A stretch of 64,000 bases of DNA from Octopus sinensis (taxonomy: Eukaryota). Positions 51,195 to 64,000 of this stretch are shown in pieces (positions within the stretch are counted from its first letter, which is position 1; the number at the start of each line of letters is the position of its first letter). The DNA lies in assembly GCF_006345805.1 (NCBI RefSeq), contig NC_042997.1, forward strand, positions 83,886,001 to 83,950,000. The letters are read 5' to 3'. The notes under the pieces were generated by a model that was not told the origin of the DNA, searched no databases, and saw only the letters and a list, made by a program, of their open reading frames with translations. The position numbers and the translations under genes are program-made.

Positions 51195-51719
51195 GAATTA
51201 GGTGACCAGATGCAAGGGGTGATGTGGTTGCAGAAATTGTCTGACAGCCATGACTAGGTTCTCCTGCTTGTGTGGCATGGTGCAGACTCCTGTTGCCAGA
51301 CATAGGGTCTTCCAGCAGCCACCCTTTTAAACAGGGCAGCACTAGATGCAGGCCTCCCTGTCGAGCCTAAGGCCATGTGGGAAGATGAATGGAGGCATAA
51401 CATTGCCATCACTAGTGATTACTCCAAACACCATGATGTTGACTGGATGTTCGATTTTTATCACTCTTGGTACATGTCCTCAGATTGACACCCAAACACT
51501 CTGAAATGTTTGTATTGGAGCTCCTGGCATGAATGCCAAGCAGCACACCATGTTACTTCCAAATTTCTGGCAGAGTGAATTGCGTCATGGTGCTGTTTTT
51601 ATCACAGATGGTGCCCAATTGACCCTACTATTCTGTGTAGTTGACAAAATCAAAAATAAACAATGAACATGCATGAAATGAAAACTATAAAATGGCGACA
51701 ATTTACACATCACACCCTA
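51195..51719 (-). mobile_element. Second maT/DD37D-like relic
   Basis: gcagaaattgtctgacagccatgact.ggttctcctgcttgtgtggcatggtgcagactcctgttgccagacatagggtcttcca is shared with ~21758-21842. It ends ...cacaccctat. Confidence 0.8.
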
Positions 51720-51847
51720 TGTGTGTGTGTGTGTGTATGTGTGTGTATTGTCTTTCCCTCGTTTGTTAATGTGTTTCATGTTATTTGCACTGTTGGTGAT
51801 GTCCTATAACCATATATGCATGTATACATATATTTATACCTATATAG

Positions 51848-52294
51848 ACCTGTTGAAGGAAGTGAAATTGCTGTTGTGGCCGATGACAGTACCGCCTGAT
51901 TGGCACCTGTGCCAGTAGAACATTAAAAGCACCATTCAAGCGTGATCATTGCCAGGGTCGTTGATTGGCTCCCGTGCTTGTGGTGCCACATAAAAATAGC
52001 ACCATTTGAGCATGGTCATTGCTAGTGCCGCTGGATTGGCTCCTGTGCATGTGGCACATAAAAAGCATCATTTGAGCATGGCCAATGCAAGTACCGCCTG
52101 ACTAGCCCACGTGCTGGTGACACATAAAAGCACCCACTACACTCTCGGAGTGGTTGGCGTTAGGAAGGACATCCAGCTGTAGAAACTTTGCCAGATCAGA
52201 TTGGAGACTCGTGCAGCCTTCTGGCTTGCCAGCCCTCAGTCAAGCCATCCAACCCATGCCAGCATGGGAAGCAGACGTTAAACGATGATGATGA

Positions 52295-52297
<3 letters not shown>
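51848..52297 (+). mobile_element. RTE 3' UTR fragment with older ~60-bp array
   Basis: Four diverged taaaaagcaccatttgagc.tggtc units, the conserved terminal block and a (GAT)n tail. Confidence 0.85.
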
Positions 52298-52332
<35 letters not shown>

Positions 52333-53099
52333 AAATATGCAATGGAAGCTTTCATTTTATTTTGCTCTCACCACACAAAGTCAGCTTTCCAACATATGAG
52401 TATGATATTAAAATCTCACTCTTTGAAACTCTTTCCACATAAAATTGGAGGTTTGTCCTCTATTCTAATAATTATTGTCTGGTCCGAAATAGAACCAACC
52501 TAACCTAGGTGTTGGTGCTGGTGCTCTGAATTACATACATACATCAATGTAAAACAATACAAAAGGAATTTCAACTTAAATCAATAATGAACAACACTTG
52601 TTTTATGAGGTTATCAAGGAACCTGGCTGTCACTTCTTGTGTTACAGAAGAGGGAAAGATAGAAGGAAGGGGGTAAAGAAGAGGAAAAAGAAGACAAAGA
52701 GAGGATGGGGAGGGCTGCTACTGCAGGAAATTGGACGCTCACTGGTCAACCATCCATTCTATGCCAGTTAAGTACTTTTCACATAGATGGCTGTTTTTCT
52801 CTTTCTCTTACATCATCACTGCTACATTCATGGATGTTAGAAATTGTTCTTGTTCACTGACTTGTACTAAAGCTTATAATACTGTAATGGTTATCACCAT
52901 GCTAAGTAGATTCGTCCATACCATTCTGCCTGCTTGCAGTTTCTCAGTTTCTCATAGGCACCACCCAGAGGGTAGCTATAGTGTTTATCTTCAATGACAA
53001 ACAGTTCGCCACTCTCTCCACTGGTGGTGCAAGGAACAATGACAGGTTTTTTTTTTCTTTTTCCATTATTTTATTGTTGTGAATGTGTGTATATTATAA

Positions 53100-53406
53100 A
53101 AGTGAGTGCACACATACATTTCATATATGCGTGTGTGTGAGCGTGTATACATGTATGTACATATATTGTCAACAATGTCCATTTTCCATGTGTGTGTGTG
53201 TGTGTATGTATGTATGCATTTATATATATATATATGTATATGTATTTGTATGTGTTTGTGTGTGTGTATATATATATATGCATGTGTGTGTGTATATATA
53301 TATGCATATATGTGTGTGCATGTATTTATATAATATATATATATACACACATACACATACACACATATACATATACCTGAGTGTATATATATATATATAT
53401 ATATAT

Positions 53407-53467
<61 letters not shown>

Positions 53468-53470
53468 GTG
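53100..53470. repeat. Mixed (TA)/(TG) microsatellite
   Basis: Directly visible. Confidence 0.9.
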
Positions 53471-55329
53471 TATATAAATGTAAGAGCAATGTTTGTATGC
53501 ATATATGTTTTTTATGTACATTTATGTAAGTACATATAATTTTGTATGTATGAGTGAATGTGTATATATATTTGTGACCAAATGTGTGTGTGTGTGATTA
53601 CAATAACTAAATTGCAATGCCATTAATCACAGAAGTATTCTGTGTCAGGCATTGCTATCAGTGGCCTGGAACACAATAAGAAAATAAGAATAACAACCAT
53701 GATTAAATTATTGAAAAGTTTCTATATAAAACTCAATACTAATTTACAAATGCCACTACCACAACCACCAACACTACTACTACTTCTACTCCAACCACCT
53801 TCACCATAATCACCACTACAACCACCACCAACATGAACAACCAATGAAAGAGCCACTATGTGGTTACTTGTTTAACAAGAAATAGCAGCTACAGCCATCT
53901 CAAAATTATATCCTAGTATCGAAATACTGGGAAGAAACACTGGATAGTGTAATTGTTAGACACACTATATCTGAAAACAAGAAGGGATGGCCATGGTTTG
54001 ACTGTCTTTGATTGTAACTCTACTCAATCATGATTGACCAACAACGACAACACTATTATCTAGCCATCAATGGAGTCTCACTCAACTGACCTTCGAGAAA
54101 TAGCAGCTAAATCTTCTTCAGATCATACTCTGCTGTACTGCATAATGTAGTTATAGATATACTGTCTTTAAAAAAAGATGAGATGGTCACAGTTGGAACT
54201 TTTAGACTAGTGCTAATCTGGAGCTAAAGAAGCACAACTACAGAATGAGGGCATCTCTACATGGATGCACAACTTGCTAGAAACAGAAGTTAAATACTGA
54301 CAAAACCAGGGCCTGTTGTCTTAAAAGAAGAAAGAACTCACACCACCCTATATATGATAGAAGACGTGATTGAATAGTCATGAATGGAACACGCATGAAA
54401 ACAGGTTTGCTCAGTCAATATTGATCTGCAGTAAGAAAACAGCAACAACAGCAACGATACTCTATTATGTTCAACAAACTTATGCATGCATTTGTATAAG
54501 ACTGAAAGTATGGAGCTGTAGTGAAATGGTCAAAGAAGTGTGGCATTCGAGTAGCAGCAGCTGATGGGCCCTGTGTTAAAATTTACTGCAAATTGCCACA
54601 GATTAAGAAGTTTACTTCCCAACCACATAGATCTGGGTTCAGTCCCACTGTGTGGAACCATGGGCAAGTATCTTCTACTATTGACCAAACCCATATGAGT
54701 GGATTAGTTAAATGAAAGCTTGTGTGGAAACCCATCATACACAGGAATGCATGTTTGTGTATTTGTATATATGTAAATACGTGTATGAGTTCGCAGCTCC
54801 TCATCTTGACATTGTATGATGGTCGTAAATGAGTGCCAGTCATACAAGCAGTGTCATTCATTTCCAATATTCTGTGAGAACATGTCTGGCCATGGGGAAA
54901 CATTAACCTTGCTTGAAAACAGGTCAGGGTTGGCAACAGGAAGGGTATTCAGCCATAGACAGCCTTCCTCAATAAACTGTGTCTGACCTATGCAAACATG
55001 GAAAAGTCGATGTTAACATTTTGCCTGACCAATGCATTTTCAAAAGGTTGTCCTAAACATCCATTTTTTAAAGCATTTAGCTCAGTTTTGTTTCACAGAT
55101 TGACCTTGAACTCTGTCATGCACGCACACTATGTTATAACATTCTTGTTTACTTCCAGTGTTTTTTGCAGTGTTTGGAAGTAAAGTGTATAAAGTGTGGT
55201 CATCTCAGAAAAGTGTGTAGAGTGTGGTCGTCTCAGGTTTTAGCTACACAGGTTCTCCTCGACTGTTTTGAGGAAGACAAAAACTTTTTGAAAATTGTCA
55301 TAACAGGTGCCAAATCATAGGTAATGACT

Positions 55330-55525
55330 TTGAAACCAAGGTAAAAGTTAAATCCCATTTGAAAGGAACAAGATTTCAAGATGTCGAGGTAATCCAAGAG
55401 AATGCGATGAGGCAGGTATTCATTACCCCAGAAAAGGAGTTCCAGGAATGTTTCCATTAATGGAAACAACACTGGATAATGTGTGTGGTTTCAAAAGAGG
55501 ACTACTTCAGAGAAATATAATGTTT
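55330..55525 (+). pseudogene. mariner (DD34D-type) transposase C-terminal fragment
   Basis: LKGTRFQDVEVIQENAMRQVFITPEKEFQECFH*WKQHWIMCVVSKEDYF. Confidence 0.7.
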
Positions 55526-56397
55526 CCCTTTCATAGGTCCCAAGGTTACTCTGGTGGTTGTAAAAAATTGGGAATGTGTATCATATAAAATGCATAGATG
55601 TCAAGAAAATATGCTGTGTCATATGTGGTATGCAGGACAGAGAAAGAGTTAAAACACAAATGATTAAAATGGTGATTTTGTTGTATATTTGGGCAGTGCA
55701 CTGACTTCCTTGCATCTAACATCACTTTGATATTGAAGAAATAGGTACCAAATTTTGTGAAATTAATTTTCATTCACTCAGTGACAGAACTGCAGCTGAG
55801 TACCATTCTATAGAACTTCCTCAAGGATTAACAGATATTTACACATTTAATTATGCAACACAAACACACACACGTGTAAGTAGCTGGGGGGGGGGGTAAA
55901 TTCAACCAACTGTGTGTCCTAGTTCCCTCTGTCCCTGTCATCAAAATGATGTGTTGACATCTACTGCACAGCGTTCTTCTGTTTAAGAAACCGACCATAC
56001 TTTGGGAAGCTCCAGAGTAACAGGTCACAGGATTGGCTTAAATATACTATGTATACTTAGATATGTGTGTACCTATGTATGCATCCATATGTGTGTGTGT
56101 GTGGGGGGGTGTATGAAACAGGCTTCTTTTAGTTTCTGTTGGCTAAAGTTACTCACAATGCTTTGGTCAGCTATAGTAGAAGACACTTGTCCAAAGTGCC
56201 ACACAGTGGGACTCAGCCCAGAATCATGTGGTTGGGAAGCAAACTTCTTACTACACAGCTAAGCCTATGCCAACAAACTATGTTCCTAACCCTTTTACTA
56301 TACTGTGACAGAGAATGAAATGAGAATGTGATATTCATGCATCACTCGAATGAAGTGTTGGTGGCACACTGGGGAAATAAAATAACTAACAGCAACA

Positions 56398-56796
56398 GGC
56401 ACAGGAGTGGCTGTGTGGTAAGTAGCTTGCTAACCAACCACATGGTTCCTGGTTCAGTCCCACTGCGTGGCATCTTGGGCAAGTGTCTTCTGCTATAGCC
56501 CCGGGCCGACCAATGCCTTGTGAGTGGATTTGGTAGACGGAAACTGAAAGAAGCCTGTCGTATATATGTATATATATATGTATTTATGTATGTGTGTGTG
56601 TGTTTGTGTGTCTGTGTTTGTCCCCCTAGCATTGCTTGACAACCGATGCTGGTGTGTTTACGTCCCCGTTACTTAGCGGTTCGGCAAAAGAGACTGGGCT
56701 TACAAAGAATAAGTCCCGGGTCGATTTGCTCGACTAAAGGCGGTGCTCCAGCATGGCTGCAGTCAAATGACTGAAACGAGTAAAAGAGTAAAGAGT
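56398..56796 (+). mobile_element. Family-A SINE, young copy
   Basis: Full head, microsatellite and tail with most CpGs intact. Confidence 0.9.
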
Positions 56797-57839
56797 CAAA
56801 TATATATGCACACACACACACAAGCAAAATATCCAAAATGTAAAACAAATAAAAATTGGAAATGCTTTATGGACTTGATACACTGCCCACTTCTTTTGCC
56901 CCATAATCAGATTCTTAGTTCACCCACCCTGTGTGTGTGTATGTGTGTGTATGTATGTGTATGTATGTATGTGTGTGTGTGTGTGGTGTGTGAATATATA
57001 TATATAATAATACTCTGGGACCTGATGTTAGAGGGTGGAAGAGGTAATTCTAGGTGAATGGAAGGGAAGGATTCTAATGTCATTTATGGGTTTTTTTGTT
57101 ATTTAAAAAAAAATTCTGATATATTTATGACAGGCAGCTGGATAAGTTTATGATTTGTCTTGACTACCTACCCATTCTCTTACCTACATACCTATCTAGG
57201 TACATACATATCCATCTCCTGACCTCACCCCCACCTACCCAGTTACTCACATACCTACCTACAAACCCAAATCGGCTACTTACTTACTTTGACCCCCACC
57301 TCACCCCACCCCAATAATATTGTCAGTCAATAATATGTGATCAAGGCAGGCCTTCAGATCTAATTATGTCAGTAAATGAAGCAGTTTAATAAAGGTAAAA
57401 AGGGAAACAGGTTACCATGATAACCAGGCTTACCTTTCTAAACAAGTTACTGATGTCACTGCCATTCTCATTGTTGTAATTATTGTTGTTGTAATTGTTG
57501 TTGACCTTGACCTCATGTTACACTTTCATTGATTGTGTTGTTGTGATAACAGTTGTGGTCATTGTTGTGGTTATTGTTACAGTAGTTTTGTTGCCATTTC
57601 ACTGTTGGTGCTGTTGCTGTGGTGATGATGGTGATCAGATCATGTAGTTTCCTTGATGCTTGCTGCTATTGTTGTGGCCATTTTGCTGCTATCATCTGAC
57701 GCTGGTGATGGTCAATTTATGTATTTTCCTGGAAAGTGCTGCTATCATTCTGGTCATTTCACTGCTGTTATTGATATTGCATAAGTGGTGGTAGTAATGG
57801 TCAGTTTATGCAGTTTCCTTCATGATGCTATTATTACTA

Positions 57840-58240
57840 TTTATCATTTGAAAAGGAAGGCGAGGGTAGAGAGGGAGGTGCTGCCTTCTAGTGTGTTTAT
57901 CAAAAGGTGGACAACACTAGCAAAGACTGGTGAGATTGAATGGATTGACTCTGAGTATGCTTTTCTAGGCAGGAGGAAAGGAACTGGAAGATGGCATTTT
58001 CCATGCCTTGAGGATGACAGAGTAATCCAGGACTTTTGCATGCAGTTTACCCTGAACTACCCCGCTATTGGGAGTTATATTTATTTCTCTAATTTCTATT
58101 TATATAGCTTTTGTTATATCCTTTAATATGGTGGTGTCTCCCTTCGATTGATGTAAACTCCACTTCATTTGTGTGCTGTATATGGCTTTTAATACTGTTC
58201 TTTGATATTATCTTGGGCCCTTGTGGCCAATAAAAGAAAT
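57840..58240 (+). mobile_element. Second L1/Tx1-like LINE 3' end
   Basis: YHLKRKARVEREVL matches YHLKRKVRIERQVL at ~46824. It ends gcccttgtggccaataaaagaaa. Confidence 0.7.
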
Positions 58241-58658
58241 TATTGTTATCGTTGTGGTCATTTTATTGTTATTCCACTTATCCTGCTATTGTGGCAAAGA
58301 GGTGGTTCTACACACCTCAGCACTGAAACTGTTGTTCTTGTTATAGCAATTATTTTGTTTCTGTTCCATTAACACTATTGCTGTCTTCAACATAAAGTTG
58401 GCGCTGACTGAGAACTATAATCATGTCCATCCCAATTTTTTTCAGCCGTAGTGTATCCTAAACTGTGTAATCCAATGTGTACCATTTTTAACTCTTTGAA
58501 CTCATGTGTACACTTTATCAGGACCAATTGTGTGTGTGTGTGTGTTTTACTTTCAGTTTTAATCCAATAAGGACGAATACTACAACTGACTTTTGAAAGT
58601 GTCTCCTAAACTGGTGAATTTTGATAATTTAATGATTACAGGAAAAATGTGGTGGGGT

Positions 58659-58710
<52 letters not shown>

Positions 58711-61700
58711 CAAATAAATATTTAATAAAGAGCAAAATTTTTGAGGTAAACAGATACAGTAAGGTTGACAAAAAGAAGAAATGCCAATGATTTGATGTTA
58801 GAGCATAACAGTGGAAGCGACAGCTGGCAGCTACATCATGACTGATTGTGGATGATTATAGTGAGTTAATGAGTGAAGGTTTATCAATTAGTCATTCAAT
58901 TATTCAGACACACACACACATGCGTGCGTACACTATCATACATTTTGGACTTGACTGTAGATGACAGGAGCGGATTCTGCAATTCCTAGCGGAATCACCC
59001 ACGCAGGTGAATTGTTTATAGTGGTAAAATCTTTGTGTTGTACATTAGCTCACTCTCCCCATTAAGTCAGCATTGCCTGTACAGGTATGGCACAGTGTGC
59101 CATACACCAGATGTTGAAGTGGTTACAGAGCGACATGACATGACAAGTATTTTGCTTAAGAACACAATGCACTGCCCAGCCCAGGAACTGAAACCACAAT
59201 CTCACAACTGTAAATACAACACCCTAACTGTTAAGCCACACATACGTTACCTTTTCATAAAGTGGACAAAGGATTAAATCTACCATTTCAGAAAAGGGAC
59301 AGTCTATCCAATGAGTTTTCATACAATTTCCATTTATCCAATTTTACTCATAAAACGCTTGCCCCATGAGCCACACCAAAAAGGATTGGATCATGTGGCT
59401 GTGCAGGAAACCTTATAACTTTACAACCATGCCTTCATCCATGCATCTATGTTGTTGCTCTTGTTGTAGTGTTGCTGTGTATTGCTCTTGTAGTTGCTGA
59501 GTTCAATGCTTCTGTCATATTAGCTGTCACTCTCACTTCATTTTTGTTGTCATTGTTGTTGTTACTACAGCCATCAAACATTTTAAGGCCATGTTTCTGC
59601 TAAAGTGGGGGCTAGCCTTGTGATTGTCTTAATTGTATTCATGATGGCTCCCTTTTTATGAGGTAGTCTTTTACAGATGGATGCTCTTCCTATTACTTAT
59701 GTAATTGTCATTGTCACAATATTTGTTTTGTTGCTGCTATTCTATTTGTAAATTTCTTGTGATTTCTGTCATCTTTGTTTTACATACACATCTACACACA
59801 CTAATAAATCCCACAACGGTATCTTCACAAATTCTGTCATTATCAGTCTTGTTAAGTGAATACAGTTGACAGACAATAAATAATCACCAATAAACAAAAT
59901 AAATCAATAACATTAAATAGAAATAACAAACATAAACTAAATAAAAACTAAATGGGAAAAGAAAGACCAGAATCAACAATGAACAAAGACATTAGACTAC
60001 CAAGTTTGATTTCGAGAAACCAATATGTACTATGTCCTGGGTATGCCTTCAAACTACTTCAGGTAGTGGTGCAATGGTTTCAGAGTTCCAGGCTTTTGAG
60101 GAGTGTGGAACCACCTCTTAGCCATTATTTCACTCAGGTCTACTTTAACCTGAATAGTAGGGTTCCAGCTATGGTTTAACATGAAACCACCTGAGCCAAG
60201 GTACATTGAAATCATGGGATGCAGAATGATGGTTGTGAAGTATTTCAGCTGATGAACTTATTGAATCAATAACAAATATCACAAGATATCTGAGCAGATG
60301 AACAGACAACAAACTGTCAATGTCCTGGATCAACCAGTTCAGTTAGCAAACTACTGTTGTCATCTGTAGTTGTGATATGCACAGATGAGATGTTTTTGCT
60401 ATCAAAAGACCAAGATGGTTGATTGGTCCAAATAAGTCATGTGATTCAGATGAAATGTAGATCCTTGTTAGAGCTTTTAAATTCATGGTGAAATGGCAGA
60501 ATTGGTAAAGTGTTCAGCAAAATACCAAACAATATATAGTTACTACATCCTTTTAAATTCTCAGTGAATATCCTGTTGAAGTTAGCTTTGCTTTCATCCT
60601 CCAGAACAGTCAGATTATACAATACAAAGCCTTTATTAGTTGTAGTTAATTGTACAGTGAAAATCAGGCTTTAGTATTAATTCCTACATAGACTATATCT
60701 TCACCAAAATATGTGGCATTGTGATTATGTTAGCAATCATTATTTTAATTAACATCAACAGCATCCACATTATTATTTGTATAATCACTTTTACTTTCAA
60801 TATAATTATATGATCAAGCTCCTGAGCATCATTATCCTCCTCGCCTTCCTCCTATCAATATCACAATCATCATATTTCCTTTTGACTCTATCTGTACAGT
60901 GAACAAGTGCAGGAGCTACACAGTAAACTCTATGGATGTTTCAGCCCAATCATGTGACCAGTTCTGGTGGTGCTCATTCAACCCAATAGTAGCATTTTAA
61001 CCACTTTTGATATCAGTAAAACTTCCAGCCATGTCTGGCAAGACAAATTTCCTAACTAAACTTACTACCAAAGTACTCCACACATTTCTCCTCTCTTGGT
61101 TTGGAGGTTTCCAGTCAAACTATTAGGTCAAAGCTAAAATAACAGGGCTATCTATGGGTTTAGTGATCTCAGACAGCTTTCTTCCTCTACATTAGCAACC
61201 TGCTTGCTGTTACTTCTTCAACCCCCATATTCAAACACAGATGATATATCACATTTACTCTATTATCTCTTAAACATAAGCAAAATCCATCAAAATATTT
61301 CTAAGAATAATAATGATCTTAAAATCATCCCTTATATAACTACCTAGATTTATTCAATAACAATCGAAATACACTCAAACATTTCACTTTAGTTTCAGAA
61401 ACTTCTGCCATTTCTGAAGATTTTCTCACTATGCAAAGTACAAGTGTTCTAGTTAGAGTACAGGCAAAGTACAGAGTAGATGCTACATGCAATCATGTTA
61501 GACAAAATTCTCACAAAAGGATACAAGGATACCCTCCACTCTCACACTCGCACAGTGCAAAAGTTTGAGAAAACTCCATGTGGTGAATTATAGAAAAGAA
61601 TAAAAAGAAAAATGCACTAAAATTAATTTATCTATGAAATAAAATTTTTACAAAGTTGACTAGAAGCATAGAATTATAACGACATCACAAACTGTTCAGT

Positions 61701-62452
61701 TATGATTAGCAAAATGAGTGAAACCAGTTGGTATTCATGTGTGCAAGCATGTGACTAATTGGTAAATATTTACCAACAAACTATAATCCTTCATAAACAG
61801 TGCCTGCTCCTTTAAACTAGCAATGTGTTCTCTAACACTAATTTCTCTGCCTTATTTCTTGTCAATCCTACTGTATTAGTTTACCTTAAAAACTTTGCAC
61901 TAAGGCCTTTAATAAATATCTTTAAAAGTGAACTCCCCATCACCTCCACTTATTCCATGTTTTCCCTTTAATCTGCATCAACTTCACCAGTTAAGGTATA
62001 CTTTCAAACGTCAGGTGTAGTGTCCCTACACCTGGAGCATAATATGAAAATATAATGCATACACACACACACAACAAAATTGTTAGAAAATTAACTTTGC
62101 AACCACAAGATCCCAGATTTGATCCCACAGCATGGCATTGTGGGCAGGTGCATTTATCATAACCTCAAGTCAACCTAAGCCTTGTGAATGAATTTGGATA
62201 AATGGAAACTGTAATGATGCCCATTGAATAGACCGTACCTATAATTTTGTTGTATCCTTCAGCAAGGAATCTAATTATGCTAACTCCAGTTTGTTTGACT
62301 AAACAAAAGAACCAGTTCCACTCCTACTTCATCATTTAAAGGCTAGCAATAGGCAAGGCTCCCAACAAATAAATAGAATTAAATAAAATAAATGAAATAA
62401 AATGAAATGAATAATGTTACTTTTGTGATATAGAAGATTGGCTGTAAGATAG

Positions 62453-62536
<84 letters not shown>

Positions 62537-62739
62537 ATATTATTATATATATATTATTATATATACATACATATATATATATATATATTATATAGCATTA
62601 CAATGGAGATTGCAAAACCTTTTCATGGAAATAGTTAATGGTTTCTGTCACATAGGTGATCTGACAAGTACTGGATGTAGTTTTAACAGAAAATAGCTTA
62701 GTTGATACCATAAGAGAAGGAGGCAAGAATCCTGAAAGT

Positions 62740-63110
62740 CAATGCCTCAGTTGGCAGTGAAAGGTTTGTCTGTGCATGAGAAAGTAGAATGCATGAAGTA
62801 TATTTAAGAATTATGGCATTGCATATGATAATGAGACATGGGCAGTGAAATGTGGAAGATAAATGAGGTACACATGATATATTGGATGTTAAATGTTAAG
62901 TTGCAAGAAAGGCAGAGCACATGTGAATGAAAACAAAAAAAATTGCTTCAAAGACATCAGCCTAGTGTACAAGGGAGATAACTGTGGTAGTGTGTGAGCA
63001 GATGAGAAGTGTTGGTTAAATGTTTTGTTGTGTTATGAAATAGGTTATTCATACTTGAGGAAGACCAAGAGGGCCCCTAGCAGTAAAACAGGGGTGATGG
63101 TGATCAGACT
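62740..63110 (+). mobile_element. Highly degraded RTE ORF relic
   Basis: gagacatgggcagtg (ETWAV), gtgtacaagggagataactgtggta (compare VQERRLRW at ~23088) and gaggaagaccaaga (RGRPR), in the expected order. Confidence 0.5.
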
Positions 63111-63403
63111 ACATGGTATTGGATCTCACACAAAACATGACAAAATATCAAGACAGATGGTAAAATTTCTGTGTAGTAAACCTGTGGAGCCAGTGCTAAC
63201 ACAGAAAAACAAATGTTAAAATATTGATCATGATCTTGTTTATACACACATACATATACATACACACATACATACATGATTAACCACATATCTTTGGACA
63301 TATGGTCTGCATCTTGCTCTCATTACTGAAGTAATAAAGAATAAATCAAATCTCAAGCACTAATAATAATAATATTTAAGTAAATATTAATAATAAATAT
63401 ACA

Positions 63404-63820
63404 TGTAGGAATGGTTGTATGGTAAGAAACTTCCTTCCCAACCCCACGGTTCCAGGTTCAGTTTCACAGTACGATACCTTACGCAAGTATCATCTACCAT
63501 AGCCTCAGGCTAACCAATGCCTTGTGAGTGGTTTTGGTAGAGCGAAAATAAAAGAAGCCTATCATATATACACAGACATATACACATGTGTGTATCTATG
63601 TCTGTGCACCTTTGTGTCTGTGTTTGCCCCACAACACCACTTGACAACAGTAATTGGTGTTTATGTCCCCATAAATTAATGGGCTGGCAAAAGAGACCAA
63701 TAGAATAAGTACTAGGCTTAAAAACAATAAAATGTCCAGGGGTTGATTTGTTTGACTAAAACCCTTGAAGGTGGTGTCCCAGCATGGTCGCAGTCAAGTG
63801 ACTGAAACAAGTAAAAGATA
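63404..63820 (+). mobile_element. Family-A SINE, diverged full length
   Basis: Head, gccttgtgagtgg block and gactgaaacaagtaaaag tail are all present. Confidence 0.85.
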
Positions 63821-63962
63821 AATGATGTAAGAAAGAAAAACATGTTTCCCCATGGAAAAAGTATAGAAGCATGTGCTCATAGCCATATGACAGATTTCGG
63901 TTGTTTAACAGAAGGAAAGCAATGACAATGCACAGATAATAATAATGATCACAGCACTTCAT

Positions 63963-63999
<37 letters not shown>

Positions 64000-64000
64000 A

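Overview
AT-rich, repeat-dominated eukaryotic DNA. It is most consistent with a cephalopod (Octopus-like) intron or intergenic region; this is inferred from the SINE repertoire and the very long (TA)n/(CA)n tracts. No intact protein-coding gene is supported, and most of the ORF track is microsatellite translation. Supported content: (1) a near full-length but frameshifted Chapaev3-type (CMC) DNA transposon at ~293-2869; (2) Tc1/mariner relics, namely a DD41D element split by an RTE fragment with a 10-bp TSD, two maT/DD37D-like copies, a DD34D-like fragment and a MITE; (3) hAT MITEs and a possible hAT relic; (4) 3' fragments of RTE, L1/Tx1 and CR1/L2 LINEs; (5) at least four SINE families. Most interesting: fold-back cassettes embedded in (TA)n, one carrying a minimal hammerhead-ribozyme motif of the Penelope type; a SINE sharing its 3' tail with a Tx1/L1-like LINE; RTE 3' UTRs with copy-specific ~60-bp arrays; a 317-bp inverted copy taken from 3 kb away; a ~670-bp tandem duplication; several long palindromes; and one candidate 72-bp host exon. 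All coordinates were read by eye and no database search was run.
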